Positions 14,101-26,193 of a stretch of DNA of 64,000 nt are shown piece by piece (the first letter of the stretch is position 1; each line of letters opens with the position of its first letter). The translations under genes were made by a program, and so were the position numbers. The DNA is taken from NCBI RefSeq assembly GCF_052425735.1, contig NC_135769.1, positions 25,854,001 through 25,918,000 of the forward strand. The letters are read 5' to 3'. The notes beneath the pieces were generated by a model, which had not been told where the DNA came from, made no database searches, and saw only the letters and a program-made list of their open reading frames with translations. Origin of the DNA: Oculina patagonica (lineage: Eukaryota).

Positions 14101-14497
14101 GTCATTCACTCAGCTGAGGTTCCACTGCAATAAACAAATCACTCCACGTTCGTTTCACGTGATGACGGTCCCTGACAGCAGAGGGGAAGCTGTAGTCCAG
14201 TACTACAGCCGTCAGACGGATGTCCAGCCCGACGCCTGTGGATCATTTGTAACACTGGATGATGACAACTCGGCTCTTGCAAAGGATTGTGCCAGATGGG
14301 GAGGAGAAAATGGTGCCTGGCATGTTGGTAAATGGGGGAGAACAGGAGATCGCGAATTATACGATTATACGGCACATATTTACTATCGCAACAATTGGGC
14401 CACTAATCCATTTCGGGCCGTGCCTAGATGGGAATGTGATGACTATTATAATCAAGCTGTAACACATGGAGACTTTTGGAAGATTTATATTCGTTAA
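11108..14497 (+). pseudogene. Gene B1: signal peptide + PAN + EGF + cbEGF + fibrinogen-like/variable module; +4 frameshift in the PAN exon
   Basis: Exons 11108-11201 (MFFYGSMTYFQSFTSFLVVILRLSWTGVSAS), 11736-11990 (PAN, 255 nt vs 251 in B2), 12180-12294 ([41 protein letters not shown]), 12386-12508 (cb[44 protein letters not shown]), 13483-13632, 13950-14497. Terminal exon fully open. Confidence 0.8.
13950..14497 (+). CDS. Terminal variable exon of unit B1 (open)
   Basis: Acceptor gtattgaag|GA GGC TGG; 548 nt to TAA; matches ORF 13991-14497. Confidence 0.8.
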
Positions 14498-15047
14498 TCA
14501 ATAGCAACTTTGCGTATCCCTAAGAATTTAAATCCATGGAGGAAGTTCGCGTAGCTCAGTTGCTATAATTGCACTAAGTTTTGCAATATTTTAGGGTATT
14601 AGGTACTACAGGTACAGTATTTATTATTAGAAATCACCCAGTTAGAAGGTACGGGCCAAAAACCTTACTTTTCAATTACACGATATACACCACTTTAGAG
14701 ACGAGGAGAAAACTAGGGTGAGTCTCGTCTCGATCATATTATCAACAGGGCGCTTTAAATTATTTTCATCTAACAACCTAGCTCGAAAGGTAAATAAACG
14801 CACCTCTCTTTGATCACCTGGCTAGCCTAGAAGATTTCTTAGTTTTCATTTGCTTGTTGCATTAAAACTTTGACGTCAACGCGACGTCGACTGCGAATAG
14901 CTGCAAGATTGACAATGCAACTAGGACACGTTTTTCTACTACTTGAAGTGTTTCGCAAAGGATTGAGCTGAAAAATTTATTCCATAAAATCTATAAGCTG
15001 TATGAGCTATACACTACTGAGTATTATAGGAGATATGAGAAATCTTA

Positions 15048-15065
15048 AAGATTTATGTTCGTTAA
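15048..15065 (+). pseudogene. Remnant of a deleted unit: last codons KIYVR* followed by a second 3' flank
   Basis: AAG ATT TAT GTT CGT TAA followed by a paralogous 3' flank (...gtagctcagttgctataattgcact...). Identical remnant at 42944-42961. Confidence 0.7.
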
Positions 15066-15305
15066 TCGCTAGCAACTCTTGCGTATCGGAAATTCTCGTA
15101 GCTCAGTTGCTATAATTGCACTAATCTTTTCAATATTTTGGGGTATTTGGGGTACCAAATGTAAAGTATTTATTATTAGAAATCACCCGGTTAGAAGGCA
15201 CGAACCAAAAACCTTACTTTTTACACGATATTCGCCATTTTAGAGACGAGGAGAAAACTAGGTTGAGTCTCATATCGATCATATTATCAACAGAGCGCTT
15301 TATAT

Positions 15306-15579
15306 TTGAGCAGTTTTTAATTGAGTGTCGTAAAACCAACGTTAATCTGGCCAATCACAAAGGACACAGACAATCCAGTGAACCAAGCAAAACTCGAAGC
15401 AATTGCATGTAGCTTGTGCGAAACGCGGGAGAACGTGCGCTAGGAAACCACCATTAATTTCGGTTTTACTCCTGATTGGTTGAGAAAGTGGCGCGAGTTT
15501 TTTCAACCAAAAATGTAGCAATGCAAAACCAAAGCAAACGCAAATCAGTACTTTTGACGCTCAAGTGAAAACCGCTCTA
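15306..15579. mobile_element. MITE with imperfect TIRs (GAGCAGTTTTTAATTGAGTGTC / GACGCTCAAGTGAAAACCGCTC)
   Basis: Inverted termini; absent from the paralogous 3' flank at ~14750-14775. Copies at ~43202-43461 and partial ~48113-48316. Confidence 0.6.
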
Positions 15580-16057
15580 TTTCCATTTAACAACCTAGCT
15601 CGAAAGGTAAATCAACGCACTTATTGCCAGCTTATACCGAGTAGGTACAGTTGACTGTCACCTAACCAGAACACTTCTAAGTATTCATTTGCTTCATGCG
15701 TTTATACCTTAACCTCATAGCGACTGCTGCGTTGTCAGCGTAGTTGTGTGATTTATTGAGAGTGCTTTCGCAAAGCGAGTGAGCTGAAAAATTTAGGTCA
15801 TAAAATCTATAAGCTGTACGTGCTAAACCATTAAGTAAGTGATAAAGAAGATATGAGACGTCTTAAGGAAAATACTATCATATATTAGGAAATCAATGAT
15901 TTTTTAATTTATTTCCAGGTTTGAATTTATTTAATATAAATATAATTATATATACATTTTTCTGTTGTATTGCGAATCATTGAGGAAGAAACATTAATAT
16001 AATTAAACTGTAAGCTTTTTAGATTAAACTTATTAGTAGGTACCGTGTTGTATTGTT

Positions 16058-16420
16058 AATTATAAAATGGTCAATGAATTGCGCGCGCTGTGATTGGTCA
16101 ATTCGAACTCATTATAATCCCATAAAGCACGCTGCATACGTCACGCGCGTGCTTTATCGAGTTATAATGCACGCTGCTTACGTCACGAGTTTTAGCGCGT
16201 GCAATTTCTTTAACATTTCATAAAAGAATTAAAAATCTTTCTCCTCGTGCATTGTTGAGTTATATAAGCACGCTGGAATTTTTAAGAACACTCGAGAAGT
16301 GCGAGAAGCACTCGGCTGCGCCTCGAGCTTCTCTGTGCACTTCTCTCGTGTTCTTAAAAATTCCCGCGTGCTTATATAACTCAACAATGCACTCGGGATC
16401 GTTTTTTATTTCTTTATTAA
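16058..16420. repeat. Palindromic interspersed repeat (~145-bp hairpin, ~16247-16392); possibly Crypton-like non-autonomous element
   Basis: gtgcattgttgagttatataagcacgc...gcgtgcttatataactcaacaatgcac inverted arms; copy at ~43940-44303. The superfamily call is inference. Confidence 0.55.
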
Positions 16421-18151
16421 TAATGTATAGTGCTGTAAGTAGTGTTATAATTATTGTAACTAATGTTAGTATTTTAAGAAATGTTCGTATTGCGAGACAA
16501 TTTAGTGTTGATATTAAAGTTAGGATTGAAAACAACGTTAATATCGTAGGTAAGCAACGCCAGTATTGTAAATAACGTTAGTATTTGAAAGTAACGCAGT
16601 ATATTGTTGTAAGTATTTTGAGTGATGTTAGTATTGCAGATAAAACATAATATATAAAAACCTTTGATTCAATTTAAAAATGTCGTGTTTTTAGACTTGT
16701 GTACCACAGTGGAACAAATGTTACGGAGCCCAGGAGAACGACACTTTAGTTTCGGAGCCTTGTTTGGCACAGTTTTTGTCAGTTTAAGTTTCTCTGTAGA
16801 TGTGTAGTTTATGCCAACTCATCTCTTTATCATATTAATATCCCTCTCGTTCCGGTACGCCTCAGAGCTGTATTGTAACACAACATTGAACAAGAAGAGA
16901 GGGGGGGGGGGGGGGGGGGGATAGGCACAAATTTATTATAAATAACGATAATAATAACATATCACTTATGCACCAACTTGTAAAACCATGGCTCTTTTTG
17001 ATGATAAAATAAAAAGTGCTGTTATTTAAAACCCGAGCGTTCAAAATACTTTTTTTTATATTTAGAACGTCAATTTTATCGTTGTGAATTTGTTAGCGAC
17101 CTGTTAGTGTCTATATATGCTCCTTATTAACTCGAAAGACAAGAATACTCGATATTCTTAACTTTTCAAAAGGTGTCCTATAAGTATATGCATGCAAAAT
17201 CAGTGTCAGTGAGCGAGTAGCTCGAGCACCCCCCCCCGAATAATCTTTTCTTTATTTCATGTTTAATCTTGCAGATTTTATTGATTTCCAAGGGATGCCC
17301 CTTCTCTGACTTATAAACTTCTGTACTAAGCAAAGGCTGGTCGTGCGATCACCCTCAAAATGATCCTGATAGAAATTGTTTTGATATTTAACTGATAGAT
17401 TAATGGCACTTCTGCATAGTCGGCACATGGTCGTTTTTTTGAATTAACCGTAGTTCTGTTCGTGAAATAGCTAAAATACCCTGTGTTCGGCTTTTTTTTT
17501 TTTTTTTTTTTTTCATATAACTACTGTAGCTACTATCGGCTTAATGGCGGCTGATTTTTAGTCATTGTCATTCTATATAGTTATGCGCGCTGTCGTAACT
17601 TGAGGTAACGAATTAAAACAATAGAGAAACCCCATTTGCATTTTCTCTTCAGACACGTAGCCGGTTTGTGTAGCAATAGTATACAAGAGTAATTTTATAT
17701 CAATGACACTAAGTTATGTTACACTGTGTAACCTGTTAGTTTTATTTTAACGGAATGCTGCAGGAGTTTATAAGAATAGTCACTTAACAGCTAACTTAAC
17801 TTGATTTTATTTATCACAAAGCGAAAAATTTGGGTTTACGTTTGCGTTCCCACAGAGATAAAAAGACGCAAGTAGAGATTTACATGTCAGATTGTGCAAT
17901 GCTGTGTGGAATCCTCGGTTCCCACAGCTGTTTTCTCAATAGAAAAAAACAAACCCATATAGGTGTTTTAAGTTAGTGTTTTTCCTAATGCAATATATTA
18001 ACTACGGCAGGAGACAGTGTTTTATTACATTTCTAATTAAAGATGTGCAGAGCTGCTGCCTTTTCCCGAAATTCTAGCTGGAAATGTGATGATATACTTA
18101 GTCAAATGCTTGATACATCTTCAATAAAGAATAAACCTACTACAAATTGTG

Positions 18152-19505
18152 TTTTTTTAACTCGGAAAATTCCGAGTTTTGGTGGTTGGGGCCGATTTCA
18201 CTCCTTCCATCCTTCACTCGATTCCTGTTAACATTTAATTGGCTAATTAATTAATTAATATCAAATTAAATTATCATTAATTTTGTAAAGCGGGTAGGGT
18301 CTTGTAATGCGAACCCTTTTTGTACTTTTTAAAAGTACACAAAGGCTATATATTTGTTTCTGAAGCCCCAATGCTCTCCTTGTGGTACGTATTCTTCCAG
18401 CCATAAACCCAAGCACAGGGAATTTGCGTTAAACGCATGCGCATAAGACTGAGGTGAAAAGGCCGACACAAGAAATACATCATGCCGTCCAATATACCGA
18501 GCGACTAAACGTCGTACACACGCATGCGCAAAGACCGAGGGATAAAAGGTACGATCACAAGAAAACATTCTAAAATGTCGTCAAGGACACCGAGATGACT
18601 AAACGTCGTACCATCCATGATCGAAATACGCCTTTGTAGTTTCAAAAGAAGGAGAGAAGAGGAAGACAAGGCGATTTGTAACAATCGACGTCGAGGGTAT
18701 GTATTAAGCCACAGGAAGCCGAAGCCCCCCACAAACACAAGCGAGAGCCACAGATGAAACACAAACTCGTCGAAAAAAAAAAAAAGAGAACGACCATAAT
18801 GTTTCGTCCGTATGGTACAAAAAAAATGATTGCGACAAAAAACGCGCGAAAAAATAAAAAAACCAAAGGAAAAAAAAAAAATTACCCATGCGAACTCAGG
18901 CAGTTCCCCCTGCGCCACGACGCCACCCGATGAGAAAAACGGGAACCGGCCGGAAGCGCGAAGCGCGACTACAGTTTAGTTGTAGTGGAGCTATCAGTAG
19001 TCGGAGTGAGGAGTCTGGCCGACTGGCTCAAGAGAAATTGAGAGTGTAAGGATGGTTTTTTGAAAGGTAATAAAAATAAAAAGAGGTGTGGAGTGAGGCA
19101 GGTAAATTAGTGAAGAGGAGAAAAAAATTGAAAATCTCACTATATTACCCAAAGAATGTAGTGTATAAAGGTTGGGGAAGACATGTAGAGAAGCGAGAAA
19201 AGTAAAAAAATTAAAATGTTGCCAAGAAGAAAAATTTTTTCAATTCTCTTTTCCAGAGTGTATAGCAAGATATGTATTTGGGGGGTATAAAATCGTTCCG
19301 GGTTTGGTAACTAATTGATTTATGTTTTTGTACCATTGCCCAGCTATTGCTACTCAAGATTTACGATGATACCAAACAAATGTTCCTCTTTTTACTACAG
19401 TACAAACAACTCAAAATAATCTTTTGTCACCCCCTAAGTAGCCAACTTTTCACCCTTTCACGATAAATTTTCCGAGTTCAGTGGCTCGCAGCCACTTTGC
19501 CAGTT
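18152..19505 (+). mobile_element. HINE-like element, family 2
   Basis: T7, then AACTCGGAAAATTCCGAGTT (5' subTIR + inverted copy, 18159-18178); 3' ATTTTCCGAGTT (19467-19478) followed by hairpin AGTGGC-TCGCA-GCCACT (19480-19496) and TT. No TSD. Confidence 0.7.
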
Positions 19506-20973
19506 ATTAAGGATCAGGTATATAGATATGACTTTCTTAGCTTTGTTTTATCTTTGTGAATTATAAACTTTTTTGAGGAGTTCTTCATTCAAAGAAATAA
19601 GACTTTCTTGCACAGAGGTTTAAATAGAAACAATCGTACAACTTAGGAAGAACTTGAAACGGTTTTGACAGTACTCGCTTACTGTACGCGTTTTCTTAGT
19701 AGGTTAATTGATCGAAAACCACCCCGTTAAACCACAACATAAACAAACAGACAAATAAAAACAAAATGACTTTGTTGGTGGAATGAACACTGCTGTGCTT
19801 ATTATGGAGACTGTAAATCAACAAACAAACATTTGAAATTAAGCGCCAGAAACGTGTTAAAATTCCAACTGGTAGGATGCAATCTACAAAGCGTGGCAAA
19901 GCAGTTTAACTCGGAACTACCAAACCCAGTTACTGGAAGAGCAGAGTGGAGACGGATTTTTAACAAGGCCTGGGAGACCAAGATTTCAAATTCAGCTTCT
20001 AATAAGCTACCCGGTCATGCCGCCTCAGTCTTAAGTCTAATCAGAGAATGTTTTCTATTCTCTCAATATAAGCAATATTTTTAAATCACTAGGATACCAG
20101 AAGTTCCCAAACTGCTAAACACCACACTTCCTGATATTAAAACAAAGTGTGCCACATGTTGTTTCGTGTGGTGCTTCTCAAAATATGCTGACTGTCTTCC
20201 GCAGTTAGTCAATTTACCTTTGGCAAACACTCCATTTATGGTGTTTTTCTGAAATATTGTAAAGAAACATTAAAGTGACTAACAGCTGCCATAATAGTCA
20301 GCTATGTATTCCTTTTTTTTTCTAGCTCAGCTATTTCTATTTATGGAATGAAAAAAATATTGGAAGATGATAAGTGTTAGTTTAAAGCATGTTTTAAATA
20401 TTAAAATCAGTTGTACCCTAAAAGCTGTAAAATTAGCAAGCGAGAAACTGCAGACAGTAAAATTTTAAAGGAATTAATACCCTTATAATAATGGAAAAGT
20501 AATGATGAAAACCTAGGGCTAAGCCCGAAACGTTTGGATTAAATTTAATTTGAACTTGGCACTTAAAACAACACTTTTCCACAATTATCACAACTAACAA
20601 GTGCCACACAGCGGGCGAGGATTTATTCTTTCGAATACGCTTAAAATACCATGTCTTTGTTATTGAACAACTGCATGAGATTTGTTTCACAAAGCACCCC
20701 TACATGCTGAGGTTAGGCCAGAGATAAATGATTGTTATTGGATTACGTGTTTGTACTTTATTGGTCGGAATATGTTTATAAGGTTCTCGCGGAGCTAAAG
20801 CTCTGAAAAGACTTGAATATGTTTAAAAGGAAATCTGTAGTCATTACTAAATGGGAAGAAAGATGTAAAAAAAATACAGAAGGCTTTCGAAATCTGCTTT
20901 TTCGCTTAAAGATAAGGCCGGCTTTCATGGCTTCATAAAATTTCTGTCTCACATTACTGAACGAGATCGGAAA

Positions 20974-23607
20974 ATGGCCGGAAAAACGAAACTTTTCATG
21001 AAGAGAAAAGGTAAGAATTTTCTTCATTTATTGCATTGCGAAAACACTATAAACAGGACAAACGAGAAATGTGTATCTGTGAATTGTGAAAATCTTCTTT
21101 TTTCTCGCTTAAAGATAAAGGCCGGCTTAGTCGAATTTTAGTCACTGTGTAAATCACTAGCAATCTATCTTTTGTTCCAGGTTTGCGGTACGTGATGATG
21201 CTGGTAGGATTGTGTCATCCTGTGATTATTGCGATGGTACTTCTTTCTTTCGTGGATAATTTGGTATTCGCAACAGCATCTCAATCCTATCTGGAATCAC
21301 ATGATGTTCAGATGTTTGAAATTCATAAAGGTGAGTCACCTTTGTTCTCTAGCTTAACCCTCTACCTGACCTTAAAAGTCACTTCTGGCGTTTCTCTTTT
21401 CTCGTTTTTAAAAATAGTTGTTCAATATATTTTAATTTTTGATGAAAAATATTCTTTCTTCAGACTTCAGGCTCGTTGGTCACGTCCTAGAAACAACGAT
21501 TACTGATGAGGTCAACGGTGGTTTACGATGTAGAAGAAATAGAAAATGTCAGTCATACAGCTGTTATTCTGTCGGACGCAATGGCAACGAAACATGTGAA
21601 TTGAACGACCACTCAAGGCACACGAAGCCACAGGACTTAATACCAGCCAAGGGATTCACTTACCATGAGAAAAGTAAGCATATAACCACGGTTAAGTTAA
21701 AGGGACGAAACGCTTTTAATTTGTTAGCTTTCCTTTTCCGTTTATAGCCCCAACATTGTGATTACCTTGTAATTAAATTCCTAGCACGATAGACAATTAT
21801 TTTCTCCATAAAATTAAGGGGGAAGAACAATGTCTTTTCTATTGAAGTTTTTTTAACATATTTTTATGCTTTTTAACTTATATAAGTGAGCTTCTTTTAC
21901 AATGTATTTTCTATTAAAGCTTTTTTTTTTCTTTTTCGAATGCCACCCTCAGTAGGAAATTTCGACGAAACGCTTTGAATTAATAATTCCAACGTTAAGC
22001 GTTAGTGAGTTTTTCGCATATTATTAGTGGGAAGATACCTAACTATACAATATAAATTTTGTTGTCGAAGATTTTTTGGACTTCATATCCTGGGCTTCCT
22101 AACTTCAATGCGTGACATTACTTTTTATTAAATAATCGAACTCTTTATTTTCTTTCTTGAATCCCAACCGCATTTGGTTAAGTTACATTAACATATAAAG
22201 AGGAAATTATTCCATTAAAACTCAAGCAGGTCATACTTTTTAATTCGACTTGATCGGTTATCGAATTATATTATATTAACCCATTTGGCCAAATCAGAAT
22301 AAGAAATCATCCGCCATCAGTTTTGCTTGTCACTTGCTTCCTTTTCATTTGCTTTTTTAAGAGGCTGTATTTTTTAAAACCGCCCACTCCAATTCGCGTC
22401 AAAAAATGATTTTGCTTGAAACTCTGGCAACTGAGAGACTTTACTAAAACAAATTTAGTTTGTTTCAAAATGAAATTTCTGGCCGCGTTAGGACGGACTG
22501 AGAAAATGGGCATTTTTCGAGCAACTGTAAAATATTTCATTTGCATTAAACACTGACAATTTTTATATCAAATTGTTCATAAACATTTCTTGTTTTCTAA
22601 GAAAGAAGCAAATCATAAAACTGAAATTATCTAAATTAATGTGACGTAACAACTTACAGAAGAAACGGTTTACTATTGCAGTCAGACAAGGATGGAATTC
22701 CCTTTGGCCTGGCCATTCATGTAAAAGCATCATGGATTCTGGTCACTCCAGAGGAGACGGGGAGTACTGGATTGCTCCTGAGGGTAACGGAAACCCTATA
22801 CCAGTGTACTGTGACATGACAACTGCCGGTGGTAAGTGATGGTGATAATGACAGTGATAATGATAATAATGATAATAATGTTGATAGTATTCTCACAAGC
22901 AAATTCAATATTATATTAAAGTCTTGGTGCTCGCGTAAACGTGTTCTCAAGTAAACCTTATATTGGTCTATATAATCCAAAATACTGATTCCTTTTGCCA
23001 ACTTCTTTTATATTCAAATTTATAACAAAAGTAACGGCGCACGACATACTGTTTTTCAGGAGGCTGGCTTCTGATCTTCAACATTGTGATTAACGGCTCA
23101 TCAGCTCCTACTACCTTGGATATTCAAACATCATACCGCGGAATCAGCCATTATAACAACAGCAACATGGTCTTAGCGACAACCGCCTTGAATGAGCTGA
23201 GAACACATTTGCCTTTCACTCAGCTGAGGTTTCAGTGCAATAAACAAATCACTCCACGTTCGTTTCACGTGATGACGGTCCCTGACAGCAGAGGGGAAGC
23301 TGTTGTCCAGTACTATAGCCGTCAGAGGGATGTCCAGCCCGACGCCTGTGGATCATTTGTTACACTGGATGGAGACAACTCGGTTCTTGCAGGGGATTGT
23401 GCCAGATGGGGAATAGAAAATGGTGACCGCTATGTTGGTAAATGGGGGAAAACAGGAGATCGCGAATTATACGATTATACGGCACATATTTACCCTTACC
23501 AGAATTGGGCCACTAATCCATTTCGGCCCGTACCAAGATGGGAATGTGATGACTATTATAATAAAGCTGTAACACAGGGAGACTTTTGGAAGATTTATAT
23601 TCGTTAA
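20974..23607 (+). CDS. Gene A2 (intact, 364 aa), paralog of A1
   Basis: Exons 20974-21010, 21181-21330, 21464-21673, 22682-22831, 23060-23607; same sizes and phases as A1; open frame. Confidence 0.88.
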
Positions 23608-24449
23608 TCAATAGCAACTTAATTTGCGTATCCCTAAGAATTTAAATCCGTGGAGGAAATCCGCGTAGCTCAGTTGCTATAATCGCACTAAGTTTTAGGG
23701 TAGGGCAATATTTTAGGGTATCAGGTACTACAGGTACAGTATTTATTATTAGAAATCACCTGGTTAGAAGGGACGGGCCAAAAACCTTACTTTTCAATTA
23801 CACGATATTCGCCACTTTAGAGACTAGGAGGAAACTAGGGTGAGTCTCATCTCGATCATATTATCAACAAGGCGCTTTAAATTATTTCATCTAACATCCT
23901 AGCTCGAAAGGTTCATAAACGCACCTCTCTTTGATCACCTGGCTAGCCTAGAAGATTTCTTAGTTTTCCTTTGTGACGTCATCGCGACGTCGATGCGTTT
24001 ATTTGCAAGATTGACAATGCAACTAGGACACGTTATAATCTACTACCTTGAAAGTACTTTCGCATAGCGAGTGGGCTGAAAAATAGAGTCCAATAAAAGT
24101 CTATAAGCTGTATAGGCTACACTGCTGAGTAAGTGATAGAGGAGATATGAGACATCTTAAGTAAAGCATTATAATCTTGGATTAGAAAAGGAAATCGATG
24201 ATTTTATTTATTTCCAGATTTGCGTTATTTAGTAAACTTTGTTATCATAGTGGAACAAATGTTACCGAGCCCTAGAGGCCGGAATTTTTGTCTAAGAGCC
24301 TTGATTAGCACAGTTTTGTCAGTTTAAAGTTCTCCCTAGATGTGTAGTTTATGACAACTCATTTCCCTATTATATTAATGTCCCTCTCTCTCCGAGACGC
24401 TTTCGAGGCATTTGGTAACAACATTGAATAAGGGGGAGACTGAGACATA

Positions 24450-25176
24450 GGGTGCTTACCATTTAGCCAAAAAATCCGGAAATTTCGGTTTGAAGTCAAA
24501 TGGTAAGGTAATTTTCCAGAAATTCCATTCGGAAATTGTGGACTACCTCCAGAGGTACTCCACTTTTTCCGTTCGGAATGGAACATCGGAAATTTCCTTA
24601 CCATTTGAACGAATCTTCCGTTTCCAGGCCCTTTTAAGCACCTCCGCGCGGTTTTAGTCGTGTTTACAGTATGGCGTCTTTATAACAATTTAGAACGAGT
24701 ATGTTCATCTCGACCATAGAAATGCCAGCACTTTTTTAACAGGAGAAATAAGCTGCCCTGCCTCTGGTATTCCACGTTGGAATTGTTCATGTGTTCATAT
24801 TTTTTCTCGGGACAGGATCTAGCTCGAACGTGCCAAGTTTCACTCGACTGCGAAATTCACTCGGTGCGTAGGTGGGAACAGTTACCTCAAAATAACCTTG
24901 TATTCTGTTTAAATCGCGTCTCATGGAACAGCTGACGGCAGTAAACAGCATTAGCCCATCTTCGTCGTCAAAAAGTTTGTTTTCTACCTCGAAGTATTCA
25001 GCTATATCGACAGAAAACAACACTGAATTTGGCGCTAGATCGAGTGAGCGGGAAGGAACGCTTGGTAGAATAATGGTAAGCGAAATCTCATCCGGTTGGT
25101 CGGTATATTCGGAAAATCGCTTACCATTATGCAACGGTGACACCAACCGGATTTTTCTTACAAATGGTAAGCACCC
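24450..25176 (-). mobile_element. PIF/Harbinger deletion derivative with transposase N-terminal remnant
   Basis: ATA|GGGTGCTTACCATTT ... AAATGGTAAGCACCC|ATA (15-bp TIR, 3-bp TSD). Empty paralogous sites near 7425 and 60455. Minus-strand peptide LMLFTAVSCSMRRDLNRIQGYFEVTVPTYAPSEFRS resembles the HARBI1-type N-terminus (recognised from memory). Confidence 0.8.
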
Positions 25177-26193
25177 ATAGTATTTATTATAAATAGATAA
25201 TTAAAATAAATAAATTTCGCATGGGTTTAGGTGTAAAATTTTCAGCTTAGTAACGGATTAATATTTAAGTATGCAAATTTAATATGTAAACGACCTTACT
25301 GAGTTTTGAACTCAGACTATTGTGTTGTCCTTCCTTAACTTTACTCCGACAGATGAACTGGGGTGCACATAGGATTTGTAGCAGAATGAAAGCGTTTAGT
25401 TAAAATTGTATTAGCTTTCAATAAATCAATTTAAAATCATTTTGTTTCTTGGATGTGTTTCTTTTTCAAGTAGACTAATGTATTTGTTTTTTTCAAGCAG
25501 TAGACTTAACAGGTGACTTAACGTAAGTAGGTTACACGCTAGTTCGTCATCATAGAATGTTTATTCTTCACCCGGTCGTTCTTTACCGGACAGTTCGGCA
25601 CACGCTATCGAGACTCCGTTCCAGTGGCTACTTGCATGGAAGACTACACCCTACAATCGCGAGGATAACAACTTGTTTTATAAGGATCTCAATGCTGTGG
25701 GGGCTTTAGCTAGCTTTTCTTTTATGGCTGATGCTAACGGGTAATTTATTTTCGTTACGATTAACAGAAATCGTGTCGGCATCGGGTAGGTTTCTGTCTT
25801 GTTTTCTTTGTAACGTTGTGTTTAAATTTATGATGTAAAACAATGTAACTTGATGCGTATATAGACTGCTAATACGTTCCTTCCATGGATATTGAAATTT
25901 GCCCTTAATGAAATACTTTTTCCGTAGATTAACATTATTTCGAGCTCTGTTAGGGATGTTTCATAACTTATCCTACAAATACAAACACTTTCTGCTTGTT
26001 AAATTAATTAATTATTAATAAGCTTACACGAAATAACTAAGCCAAAGTAACTAAACACTGTAAAACATAACATCGAGACAAATGTTGCCGATATTTTAAA
26101 GAATTTTCATGAAATTAATGTTTTTCGTTAGGTCCATTTACTATAAGTTTTTCATTCCGGTATATTTTTATTTCGCCATTCCTGAAAGTTTAA

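Noticed and set aside
14139-14462. Antisense and alternate-frame ORFs over terminal exons (also 42022, 42142, 47065, 47185, 54808, 59244)
   Set aside because: Shadows of the real coding frame.
16252-16575. 107-aa ORF duplicated at 44135
   Set aside because: Spans a palindromic repeat within a segmental duplication; no domain.
18329-18918. Phe-rich ORFs
   Set aside because: Translations of A/T runs within the family-2 element.
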